Source: Gemmatimonas sp. (lineage in GTDB: Bacteria; Gemmatimonadota; Gemmatimonadetes; Gemmatimonadales; Gemmatimonadaceae). From it: 64,000 nt of DNA. The translations under genes were made by a program, and so were the position numbers. This document shows positions 1-8,289 of the stretch, one piece after another. The number at the start of each line of letters is the position of its first letter. Positions within the stretch are counted from its first letter, which is position 1. The notes under the pieces are model-generated. The model saw only the letters and a list, made by a program, of their open reading frames with translations. It searched no databases and had not been told where the DNA came from. Location: assembly GCA_965279375.1 (NCBI GenBank), contig OZ257156.1, forward strand, positions 2,880,001 to 2,944,000, given 5' to 3'.

Positions 1-564
1 GAGACCGGCCACCTGCGGCGTGAGCGCGGAGAACTGCGCCAGATACTGCTGGGCGAAGGACTGATCCTTGAATGGGAAGCCCGTGCCGATGAGCGCCCGC
101 GCCGGGGACGTCAGTGTAGATACCCGAATCGGCTGGAGATCAACAAAGGCGCCCCCACCCAACGTCGCGTTGTAAATGCCGCCACGGCGTACGTCGTAGA
201 TCGCGGCGGCCTGTGGCACGCCGTCCAGCGCGACGCAGATGGAGACGGCGTAATGCGGAAAGCCGTGCAGGAAGTTGGTGGTGCCATCGAGCGGATCGAC
301 AATGGCCACCAGTCCTTCATCGGTGCCGCCGCCGCCCAGCTCTTCACCGACAACACGGAGCTCCGGCAGTTCCTGAGCGAAATGGCGACGGATGATCTCT
401 TCGGCGCCCAGGTCCACGCGACTGACGAAGTCGTTGGCAGTCTTCTCCTCCCACACCAACGTGTCGCGCGTTTTGGTTTCTTCGGCAATGAAGGCGGTCG
501 CGAGAGCGGCCGCGCCAGCGGCGACGTTGCGCCAGCGGAGGCGTTCCTGGGCAGATGGCGTCAT
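1..564 (-). CDS. suhB: Inositol monophosphatase family protein (SuhB-like), 3' end runs off the window
   Basis: Not in the ORF track because there is no stop in the window. Manual translation from ATG at 564 gives MTPSAQERLRW...DFVSRVDLGAE...IVDPLDGTTNFLHGFPHYAVSI...LIGTGFPF, containing the IMPase signature DPLDGTTNF. Confidence 0.92.
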   Translation of the reverse strand, partial: MTPSAQERLRWRNVAAGAAALATAFIAEETKTRDTLVWEEKTANDFVSRVDLGAEEIIRRHFAQELPELRVVGEELGGGGTDEGLVAIVDPLDGTTNFLHGFPHYAVSICVALDGVPQAAAIYDVRRGGIYNATLGGGAFVDLQPIRVSTLTSPARALIGTGFPFKDQSFAQQYLAQFSALTPQVAGL

Positions 565-610
565 GTATTTCGCGTTGCTCGGCTCAGTGAGAGCGGATTA
601 CGTTTGTCGG

Positions 611-1600
611 ATGGCACGCATCTTCAGCGGCATCCAGCCTTCGGGCGAGCTGCACATCGGAAACTACCTTGGCGCCGTCAAGAATTGGGTACAGCTGCAG
701 CAGCAGCACCCGGGCGCACTCTTCTGCGTGGTGGACTACCACGCCATCACCGGCAACTACGATCCGGCCGTCTTGCGCGAGCGTCGCTGGGAGATGGCCA
801 AGTCGTTGCTGGCCGCCGGCATCGATCCCGCCAAGGCTAGCCTGTTCATGCAGTCGGACGTGCCAGAGCACACCGAGCTGTCGTGGATTTTTACGACCCT
901 GACACCCGTCGGTGATCTCGAGCGACAGACGCAGTACAAGGAGAAGTCGGCCAAGTACGAAAGCATCCCGGCGGGCATTCTCATGTATCCGGTGCTGCAG
1001 GCGGCGGACATTCTGCTCTATCGCGCAGATTCGGTGCCGGTGGGAGAGGACCAGGTGCAGCATCTGGAGCTCTCGCGCGACGTCGCTCGCAAGTGGAATG
1101 CGCGCTTCGGCGAGGAGTTCTTCCCCGAGCCCAAGCCGCTGTTGACGCCGGTGCGGCGTTTGATGGGGCTGGACGGCAACGCCAAGATGTCAAAGTCCTT
1201 GGGGAATACCGTGGGCCTCATGGAGAGCGATGAGGCCATCTGGGCGAAGCTGCGCCCCGCCATGACCGACCCGGCGCGCGTGCGCAAGACAGACCCGGGC
1301 AATCCCGACGTCTGCAACATCTTCCAGCTGCACAAGGCGTTCAGCAGCACCGAGACGCAGGCCAACGTCGTGCAGCAGTGCACGACGGCCGGCTGGGGAT
1401 GCATGGACTGCAAGAAGGTGCTGCTGGAAGGGATGGTGCAGGAGCTTACGCCGATCCGTAGGCGTGCCGCCGAGCTGGACGCCGCGCCGCAACTTGTGGT
1501 GGACGCGCTGGCCGAGGGTGCGCAAACGGCCCGTGCCATCGCGCAGTCCACGATCGCGGAAGTGCGTGATCGGATGGGCTTGGGCGCGCTCCGCGCGTGA
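611..1600 (+). CDS. trpS: Tryptophan--tRNA ligase
   Basis: SGIQPSGELHIGNYLGA (HIGH motif), YPVLQAADIL, VPVGEDQ and KMSKS. Start placed at ATG 611. Confidence 0.97.
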   Translation: MARIFSGIQPSGELHIGNYLGAVKNWVQLQQQHPGALFCVVDYHAITGNYDPAVLRERRWEMAKSLLAAGIDPAKASLFMQSDVPEHTELSWIFTTLTPVGDLERQTQYKEKSAKYESIPAGILMYPVLQAADILLYRADSVPVGEDQVQHLELSRDVARKWNARFGEEFFPEPKPLLTPVRRLMGLDGNAKMSKSLGNTVGLMESDEAIWAKLRPAMTDPARVRKTDPGNPDVCNIFQLHKAFSSTETQANVVQQCTTAGWGCMDCKKVLLEGMVQELTPIRRRAAELDAAPQLVVDALAEGAQTARAIAQSTIAEVRDRMGLGALRA

Positions 1601-1628
1601 GCGCTCTCGCGTGAGCGCTCTCGCGTGA
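1594..1628 (+). repeat. 14-bp tandem repeat (CGCGTGAGCGCTCT x2.5) spanning the trpS stop and the next start
   Basis: Units read directly at 1594-1607, 1608-1621 and a partial unit at 1622-1628. Confidence 0.9.
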
Positions 1629-2665
1629 CCGAAGTGCGTCGGGTCGTAGTGGACCTGGTGAGCAGCGCGCAGCACATGCAGCTGCCGTCGTGGGCGGCGG
1701 ATCGGCTGCGCGCCGCGGCGCCGTCGGGTTGGGAAGTCATCGTCATCAACTCCATCGCCAAGTCGGTGGGGAGCGGCACCAATCAGCCCAGCGCGGAATC
1801 GCTCGCCGCGGTGCCAACCGCCGAGGTGTACTTCGGTTTTGGGCTGTCGCCCGAGGTGATCGCGGCGGCGCCCTACCTCCGCTGGGCGCACAGCGTCTCC
1901 GCCGGGATCACGAGTTCGATCACGCCGGCACTGCGCGACAGCGGCATCGCCTTCACCAACAGCGCGGGTGTGTACGCCGAGGGGATGGCGGATACCGTGC
2001 TGGCGGGGGTGCTGCATTTCGTGCGCGGGCTCGACTTCGCCGTGCGTCAGCAGGCTGAGGCCACGTGGGGACAGCGACCGTTCATCGGCGGTGAGGCGCG
2101 ATTGCGCGAGCTGAATGAATGTCGCGTGCTGGTAGTGGGCGCCGGCGGGATCGGCAGCGCGGTGGCGCAGCGGTTCACGGCCTTGGGGTGCAGCTGCGTG
2201 GGCATTCGTCGCCGCCCCGAACTGGGCATCCCCGACGGCTTCGCGCGTGTGACGGGGGTCTCCATGCTTTCGACCGAAATCGTCACAACGGACGTACTCG
2301 TGCTCGCGGCCCCGCTCACCGAATCGAGTCACGGTTTAGTGGATGAGGCGTTGTTGGCGTTGCTCCCGCCGGGCGCAATCGTCGTCAACGTAGCGCGGGG
2401 CGGCCTCATCGTGGACGCGGCGTTGCTGGCAGCATTGGACTCCGGCCAGGTGCGCGGTGCCGTGCTGGACGTGTTCGAGAAGGAGCCATTGCCGCCGGAG
2501 CATCCGTACTGGCGTCACCCGTCCGTCTTGATCACGCCGCACGTGTCTGGCGTGTCTCCACGGCGCAGCTGGGCGCGGGCTCTCGACCTGTTTGAAGACA
2601 ATTGGCGACGGTGGGCAGCGGGCGAGCCGCTACGCAACGTCGTGGATCTCGACGCCGGCTATTGA
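1625..2665 (+). CDS. D-2-hydroxyacid dehydrogenase, NAD(P)-dependent
   Basis: VVGAGGIG Rossmann motif, VNVARG, LDVFEKEPL, ITPHVSG. Confidence 0.9.
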   Translation: MTEVRRVVVDLVSSAQHMQLPSWAADRLRAAAPSGWEVIVINSIAKSVGSGTNQPSAESLAAVPTAEVYFGFGLSPEVIAAAPYLRWAHSVSAGITSSITPALRDSGIAFTNSAGVYAEGMADTVLAGVLHFVRGLDFAVRQQAEATWGQRPFIGGEARLRELNECRVLVVGAGGIGSAVAQRFTALGCSCVGIRRRPELGIPDGFARVTGVSMLSTEIVTTDVLVLAAPLTESSHGLVDEALLALLPPGAIVVNVARGGLIVDAALLAALDSGQVRGAVLDVFEKEPLPPEHPYWRHPSVLITPHVSGVSPRRSWARALDLFEDNWRRWAAGEPLRNVVDLDAGY

Positions 2666-2698
2666 CCCATCGCCAGCGTCACGCATGCGAGACAAGAC

Positions 2699-4018
2699 GT
2701 GGCGATTGAGCGAATCATCAAGGCAGCGGTCGAGCGCGGTGCCTCCGACGTGCACATCAAGGCGGGCGATGTCGTGCGCGCCCGAATCGATGGCCGACTG
2801 ATTGTCCTGACCAAACAGGCCCTCACGGCGGACCAGACGCGCGCGATCGCGCTGCACTTCATGGCCAGCGATGCCGAGCGCAGCACGATCGATACGCTGC
2901 GTGATCACGACTGCTCATGGGCCTCGCCCGGAGTCGGTCGCTTCCGCGTGAACATCCTGCGGCAGCGTGCGGCGCACTCGATCGTGCTGCGCGTGATCCC
3001 CAACGAAGTCCCGACGTTCGAAACGCTGCATCTGCCGTCGGTCCTCAACCGCGTCGCACATTCGGAGCGCGGGATGGTTCTCGTCACCGGCGTGACGGGA
3101 TCCGGCAAGTCGAGCACGATGGCGGCGTTCGTGCAGGCGATCAACGCATCGCACGAGAAACACATTCTCACGCTCGAGAATCCGATCGAGTTCATTCATG
3201 CCGACCTGCGCAGCTCGGTGACGCAGCGCGAAGTCGGTATCGACACGGACAGCTTCCGCATGGGGCTGCGCGCCGCGCTGCGTCAGGATCCGGACGTGAT
3301 CATGATCGGCGAAATGCGCGACGCCGAAACGATCGATACGGCGATGAAGGCTGCGGAGACGGGGCACCTGCTCATCTCGACGCTGCACACGCCGGATGCC
3401 TGCAGCACCATCATGCGCATCATGGCGATGTTCCCGCCCGATGAGCAGGCAGTGGTGCGCATGCGTCTTGCCGAATCGCTGCAGGCGGTCGTATCGCAGC
3501 GGCTGCTGCCGCGAGCCAGCGGCCACGGACGTGCGGTCGCCGCCGAAGTCATGATCGTGACGCCCACCATTCGCGATCTCATTGCCGAGAATCGCGTCAG
3601 CGAAATTCGCGACTACATCGCCGACGGCTCGCAGTACGGCATGCAGACCTTCGACCAGCACCTCACCGAATTGGTGACGAGCGGGGAGGTGGCGTTCGAG
3701 ACGGCGCTGGCGGCATCCACGCGCCCGGCCGACTTCGAACTCACGTTCCGCATGATGCGCGGTCGTGGCACACCTGCTGGCGGCGCGCCGTCGATCGCCA
3801 AGCGCAATACCGCCACCGTGCCGACCGTCAACGCCACGACGCCGACGGTGCGCACCGACGTGCCGCCGAGCGGACTCGGCCCCAACCCGCTCGGCACGGG
3901 CGTTCACCTGCCGCCGATCAGCACCAGTCCGACGAGCCACGGTGCCGTGACCAGCCCGAATCCGCTCGGCACGGACACCGTCTTCGGCAGCGGCTTCGAG
4001 AGTCTCTTCGGCAGCTGA
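2699..4018 (+). CDS. pilT: PilT/PilU family type IV pilus retraction ATPase with low-complexity C-terminal tail
   Basis: GASDVHI, Walker A GVTGSGKS, ALRQDPDVIMIGEMRD, His box STLHT, GMQTFDQHL. Confidence 0.9.
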   Translation: MAIERIIKAAVERGASDVHIKAGDVVRARIDGRLIVLTKQALTADQTRAIALHFMASDAERSTIDTLRDHDCSWASPGVGRFRVNILRQRAAHSIVLRVIPNEVPTFETLHLPSVLNRVAHSERGMVLVTGVTGSGKSSTMAAFVQAINASHEKHILTLENPIEFIHADLRSSVTQREVGIDTDSFRMGLRAALRQDPDVIMIGEMRDAETIDTAMKAAETGHLLISTLHTPDACSTIMRIMAMFPPDEQAVVRMRLAESLQAVVSQRLLPRASGHGRAVAAEVMIVTPTIRDLIAENRVSEIRDYIADGSQYGMQTFDQHLTELVTSGEVAFETALAASTRPADFELTFRMMRGRGTPAGGAPSIAKRNTATVPTVNATTPTVRTDVPPSGLGPNPLGTGVHLPPISTSPTSHGAVTSPNPLGTDTVFGSGFESLFGS

Positions 4019-4055
4019 CCGCACCACACCCGCTCATGGCGAGTAGATTTGGCAG

Positions 4056-4952
4056 ATGCCGACTACTCCTCTGGGCGGGCTCATGGTCCCCGCCGTCTCG
4101 ACGTTCGACGCGCACGGTGAACTCGATCGTGCCGCTTTCGTTTCCAACCTCGATGCGCACCTGTCGTTCGGGATGGACGGGGTGCTGGTGGCTGGCTCGA
4201 GTGGCGAGTCCGCGCTGCTCGACGACACCGATCGTCGTCAGCTGCTGACATGGGCGCGGGAATGCGTGCCGAGTGAAAAGTGGCTGCTGGCCGGCATTGG
4301 CAGCGAAAGCACGCGCCTGACGATTTCCCGTGCGCGCGACGCGAAAGAGCTGGGGGCGGACGCGGTGTTGGTCGTCTCGCCGCACTATTTCCTCAAGCGC
4401 ATGTCGCAGCACGCACTCGTGCAGCATTTCCTAGCCGTCGCCGATGCCAGCCCGCTGCCCGTGCTGCTCTACAACATTCCCGTGTACGCGCACGTGGTGC
4501 TCGCGCCGGAAACGGTGCACACGTTGTCGCAGCATGAGAACATCGTCGGGATGAAGGACAGTGCGGGTAATTTGCCGGTGCTGGCGGAGTATCTGGCCGC
4601 GCAGAACGATGGCTTCCGCGTGTTGACCGGGAGCGGCGCGACCGTGGTGCCGGCACTCACGGGCGGCGCGAAGGGCGCGATTCTCGCGATCGCGCTGTAT
4701 GTGGGGCCGATGGTGCGCGAGATGGTCGATCTCTTCCGCGCGGGCAACGTGGATGCCGCGACGGCGTTGCAGGCACGTCTGGCGCCGCTGGCCACGGATA
4801 TCGCCGGCGCCATGGGGCCGGCCGGCATCAAGGCCGCGATGACGATGACCGGACTGCAAGGCACGGTTACCCGCGCGCCGTTGCTGGCGTTGAGCGATGA
4901 GGAGATGGCCACCGTGCGAGCGCGCTTGCAGGCGGCCGGCGCGCTCGCGTAG
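4056..4952 (+). CDS. Dihydrodipicolinate synthase family aldolase (DapA/NanA/HOGA-like)
   Basis: GSSGE, LYNIP and GMKDS (Schiff-base Lys). Substrate cannot be determined. Confidence 0.85.
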   Translation: MPTTPLGGLMVPAVSTFDAHGELDRAAFVSNLDAHLSFGMDGVLVAGSSGESALLDDTDRRQLLTWARECVPSEKWLLAGIGSESTRLTISRARDAKELGADAVLVVSPHYFLKRMSQHALVQHFLAVADASPLPVLLYNIPVYAHVVLAPETVHTLSQHENIVGMKDSAGNLPVLAEYLAAQNDGFRVLTGSGATVVPALTGGAKGAILAIALYVGPMVREMVDLFRAGNVDAATALQARLAPLATDIAGAMGPAGIKAAMTMTGLQGTVTRAPLLALSDEEMATVRARLQAAGALA

Positions 4953-4993
4953 CGCACGCGCGTAGCACTCGAAACGCACTGCGTGGTGCGCGC

Positions 4994-6400
4994 GTGAGTG
5001 CGAGATGGCGCGAGCGGCTGTATGCGCGACTCGCCGGTCAACCGACGCCGCTGCTGATTCTTCCCGACGGTATCTGGACAGCGGCGTCGATCTGGGCTGG
5101 TGCGCGGCAGTGGACGCGTGCCTTTCGAGAGGCCGGGATCGGGGAAGGGGACCGCGTGATCTGTGCGCTCCCCGCTGGAGCTGCCTTCGTGCAGCTGCTC
5201 GTGGCGTCGCTGTGGGACGATGTCACGCTCGCCGTGGCTGCACCGCGCGATGCCACAGCTGCTCACGCCGACGCGTTACTCGCCGAACTCGATGCGCGAC
5301 TGCTCGTGTGCGAGGACGCTCAGGCGAGTGCGTTTGCCTTTGTGCCGTCGGCAGCAGGTTGGCCGGAGGAGGCATTTCCCGAGCTTCGCCAAATGCACGC
5401 GCCGCCGGAGCCCGACGCGCGACTTCTGTTGCGAACCTCCGGAACGGGAGGCGCGCAGCGCTGGATCGCGCTCTCCGACGCGAATCTCTTTGCGGTGCTG
5501 GATAGTCATCTCCCGCTGCTCGACCTCGCGGGTGCGTCGGTGCTGAGCGTGCTGCCGTGGCATCACGCCTTCGGTCTCGTGCTCGGACTGCTCGCTTCGT
5601 TGCTCGCGGCCGACGAGATCGTGCGCGATGGCGCCGATGGTCGAGATCTCACGGCGTTGCTCACGCTGGCGCGTTCGCATCCGATCACGCACGTGGATCT
5701 CGTGCCGCTGCTGGCGACGCGACTGTTCGACGTGGCGGAGGGAGCGTCATTGTTGCGTGGGCTGCGCGGAGGCCTGGTGGGCGGCGCGCCCGTGTCCGCG
5801 GCATTGGCCTCGCAGCTTGCGGCCACACGGCTGCGCGTGGGCTACGGGCAGACCGAGGCCGCGCCGGGCATCATGCTTGGCGACCCAGGTGAGTGGTCGC
5901 CGCGTTTGCTCGGCCGACCCGTTGGCTGCGAGGTACGTCTCGACACGGATGGCGCGCTGGCCTTTCGTGGCGAGAACGCCTGCCTCGGTGCATGGCGAGG
6001 CGGTGTGCTCGAGCGAGAAGCGCCTGAACGGTGGGTACGTACCGGCGACGTTGTGGACCAGCGTAGCGATGGCAGCTATCGGTTCATCGGTCGCGCGAGC
6101 GATGCCTTCAAGCTGCCCAACGGTCGTTTCGTGGATGCCGCGTGTTTCGAGGAGGCATTGCGTGTCGCGTTTCCCGAGGCGACGCAGTTGCTGCTGCGTG
6201 CACACGAGGAAGACGGCATCGAGCTGCTCGTGAGTGCCCCGTTGGGCGCGGTTACAGTGGAGCGTGCGCGGCTGGCGCTGCCTGCGTTGCCCGCGTGGCT
6301 TCGCTCCGTTCGCCACGTCGACGAATCGGCGTGGCATCGGACGCCCAAGGGTGATGTCGATCGGGCGCGTCCGCTCTCGACCGACGGGCCCTTCGGTTAG
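4994..6400 (+). CDS. Class I adenylate-forming enzyme (acyl-CoA ligase); candidate p-coumarate-CoA ligase for PYP
   Basis: RTSGTGG, LPWHHAFG, GYGQTE, RTGD and GRASD motifs of ANL enzymes. The substrate is inferred only from proximity to pyp. Confidence 0.8.
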   Translation: MSARWRERLYARLAGQPTPLLILPDGIWTAASIWAGARQWTRAFREAGIGEGDRVICALPAGAAFVQLLVASLWDDVTLAVAAPRDATAAHADALLAELDARLLVCEDAQASAFAFVPSAAGWPEEAFPELRQMHAPPEPDARLLLRTSGTGGAQRWIALSDANLFAVLDSHLPLLDLAGASVLSVLPWHHAFGLVLGLLASLLAADEIVRDGADGRDLTALLTLARSHPITHVDLVPLLATRLFDVAEGASLLRGLRGGLVGGAPVSAALASQLAATRLRVGYGQTEAAPGIMLGDPGEWSPRLLGRPVGCEVRLDTDGALAFRGENACLGAWRGGVLEREAPERWVRTGDVVDQRSDGSYRFIGRASDAFKLPNGRFVDAACFEEALRVAFPEATQLLLRAHEEDGIELLVSAPLGAVTVERARLALPALPAWLRSVRHVDESAWHRTPKGDVDRARPLSTDGPFG

Positions 6401-6415
6401 CGCGACGCCGAGCGG

Positions 6416-6886
6416 CTACGCCGCGATACGGGCGCAGACGCGGGAGACGTCGACGCGCAGCGATTCGATGATCTCCATCGCGGTCGCGACCAGTCGCTCC
6501 AACTGTTCGCGCTCGAGCAGGACTTCGATCCGCTGAATGAGATAAGTGGCGGCAGAGGCGCGTACGAGCACGGCCAGTTCGGTGGCGCCGGTGCGCGATG
6601 TGTCGTAGTTGGCGACGAGATGGTGGCGCTGCCATTCGAAGCGCAGCTCCAGCCAGACGATCGCGAGGCTGCGATAGAGCTCTGCCTCATCCGCAGCGCC
6701 CGACATGGCGGCGGCGAAGGTGCGCAACTCGGCGCAGAGGCGAAGCGCGTCTTCCTCGATGCCGGCGCGGTCAACTTCCGCGAGAGTCACGGCGCCGGAC
6801 AGCTCGCGCAACGCGGTCGCCACGTCGTGCTCGTCGGCGACGTGAAGGAGCTGCTTGGATAGCGGAGACTTCTCACCGACGGGCAT
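6416..6886 (-). CDS. Hypothetical alpha-helical protein (about 156 aa)
   Basis: C-terminal part of ORF 6416..7291 from ATG 6886 (MPVGEKSPLSKQLL...). Protein-like composition; fills the gap between the ligase and the DUF456 gene. Confidence 0.7.
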   Translation of the reverse strand: MPVGEKSPLSKQLLHVADEHDVATALRELSGAVTLAEVDRAGIEEDALRLCAELRTFAAAMSGAADEAELYRSLAIVWLELRFEWQRHHLVANYDTSRTGATELAVLVRASAATYLIQRIEVLLEREQLERLVATAMEIIESLRVDVSRVCARIAA

Positions 6887-7067
6887 TGCAATCTCGTGCT
6901 GTGGCGTCACGCGCAATGCGCGTACTGCGCCAGTATCGTCACGGCTCGCCACGTCGCGCGCCCACTCACCTCTAAATGTCGTCCGCGCCGCCCCGAACTT
7001 AACGTATTGGGAGAAAGTGAATTGCGACCCGCGAATCCTCCCCGTCCCCCGGCGCGTACGCTTGGCC

Positions 7068-7598
7068 ATGGATCCGATCACCACCATCTCCTCCACGCTC
7101 GCGCTCGGCCTGCTGGCCGTCACTCTGCTGGCCGGTCTCGTTCTCGTGCCGGTCGGGTTGCCGGGACTCTGGCTGATGCTCGGTGCGGCGCTCGTGTACT
7201 GGGTCGTCCTGCCGACCGGCGGTATCGGGCTTTGGACGTTCGGCGGAGCGGCGTTGCTCGTCATCGTCGCGGAAGTGCTCGAGTACACCATCGCCGGCCG
7301 CTACACGCGCCGCTATGGCGGCTCGCGGCGTGCGTCGTGGGGGGCCGTCATCGGTGGACTGGTCGGCGCGGTGGTCGGCGTGCCTGTACCCGTGGTCGGG
7401 TCGCTGGTGGGCGCATTCGCCGGCGCGTTCCTGGGCGCCTTTGTCGGCGAGCTGACGGTGCATCGTGATCAGCGCAACAACCCCACCAAGGTCGCGACCG
7501 GAGCCATCGTCGGGCGAGCGGTGGCAGCGGCGGTCAAGAGCGGACTCGGCGTGCTCGTCGCCAGCCTTCTGTTCAGCGCCGCCTTGGTCGGCGGCTGA
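7068..7598 (+). CDS. DUF456 family membrane protein
   Basis: LVPVGLPG, RRYGGSRRASWGAVIGGLVG and GAFLGAFVGEL patterns; several hydrophobic segments. Confidence 0.82.
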   Translation: MDPITTISSTLALGLLAVTLLAGLVLVPVGLPGLWLMLGAALVYWVVLPTGGIGLWTFGGAALLVIVAEVLEYTIAGRYTRRYGGSRRASWGAVIGGLVGAVVGVPVPVVGSLVGAFAGAFLGAFVGELTVHRDQRNNPTKVATGAIVGRAVAAAVKSGLGVLVASLLFSAALVGG

Positions 7599-7656
7599 GC
7601 CGGGGCTCCGACGAGCCCTGCACTTCGAGTAAAGAGGCCGTCGATCGGCGACGCCG

Positions 7657-8043
7657 TCAGGCCGGCCGAAGCCGGACGAGAATCCAGTTCGAGCACGACT
7701 CGCTGTGTCGATACAGTCGAATGCGCACGTTCGTCGGCTTCATGCGGTAGGTGAACGTGAAGTCGAACTCGACGTCCAACGCGCCTTGGTCGATCCCTTC
7801 CTTGAACCGGCCGAACATGAGTCGGTTGTTGGTGCAGGGCGCCACTTGCTTGAAGAAGTTCCGACCTTCCGCCTCGGCGACTGGAACGCCGGCCATCTCC
7901 GACTCCCAGCGGTTGTAGAGCAGGACGAAACCCGAGTCGTCGACGCGCACGACGCCGAACGGCGCCTCATCCAGCACCGCGCGGGGGGCACTTGGCAAGT
8001 TCGCGAGGAATTCTTCGGTGACAAACGATGTGATGGTCGACAA
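7657..8043 (-). CDS. pyp: Photoactive yellow protein (PYP) family PAS protein, about 128 aa
   Basis: LDEAPFGVVRVDDSGFVLLYNRWESEMAG...GRNFFKQVAPCT...FGRFKEG...FDFTFTYRMKPTNVRIRL...NWILV aligns by eye with canonical PYP (Y42, E46, C69, W119 equivalents). TTG start at 8043 with GAGAG upstream; the start is inferred. Confidence 0.9.
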   Translation of the reverse strand: MSTITSFVTEEFLANLPSAPRAVLDEAPFGVVRVDDSGFVLLYNRWESEMAGVPVAEAEGRNFFKQVAPCTNNRLMFGRFKEGIDQGALDVEFDFTFTYRMKPTNVRIRLYRHSESCSNWILVRLRPA

Positions 8044-8055
8044 ATGACGGCTCTC

Positions 8056-8219
8056 GAATCGCGGTGATGCCTCAGGACTGGCCCACACCAAACCGGCCAC
8101 CCTCTGAATCTCCTGAGGAGGATCGGTCGCTCGCTCGGAAATGGTGAGCGAGGGTCCGCTCATTCGGCTTTCGGCCCCCGTCGCGGTTGCCACGGCGATG
8201 CCTCGGAGTAGATTCATCC
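8056..8219 (+). promoter_or_regulatory. Candidate structured leader or ncRNA between pyp and purA
   Basis: Several complementary segments: 8070-8077 with 8111-8118, 8105-8111 with 8210-8216, 8130-8136 with 8146-8152. Directly followed by a terminator. Confidence 0.45.
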
Positions 8220-8253
8220 AACGCCCTGCGGAACGTCCGCGGGGCGTTTTTTT
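8220..8253 (+). terminator. Rho-independent terminator (possible attenuator) 36 nt upstream of purA
   Basis: AACGCCCTGCGGA-ACG-TCCGCGGGGCGTT stem with one G-U pair, T7 run at 8247-8253. Confidence 0.8.
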
Positions 8254-8289
8254 GTGCGCGGCCCCGGGGCCGCCTGAGACGGAATTCGC

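Noticed and set aside
392..610. N-terminal extensions given by the ORF track for trpS (and likewise ypdA, egtD, ccdA, anmK, DUF4159)
   Set aside because: The extensions overlap neighbouring genes, and family homology begins at the downstream starts used here.
8074..8102. SAM-I riboswitch-like segment GGACTGGCCC...AAACCGGCCACC
   Set aside because: It lacks the ATCxAGAG 5' element, GCAACC and the GGTGC/AATTCC 3' elements, and the context is not sulfur metabolism. A glycine-riboswitch-like GCCGAA..CTCAGG on the minus strand also lacks GGAGA.
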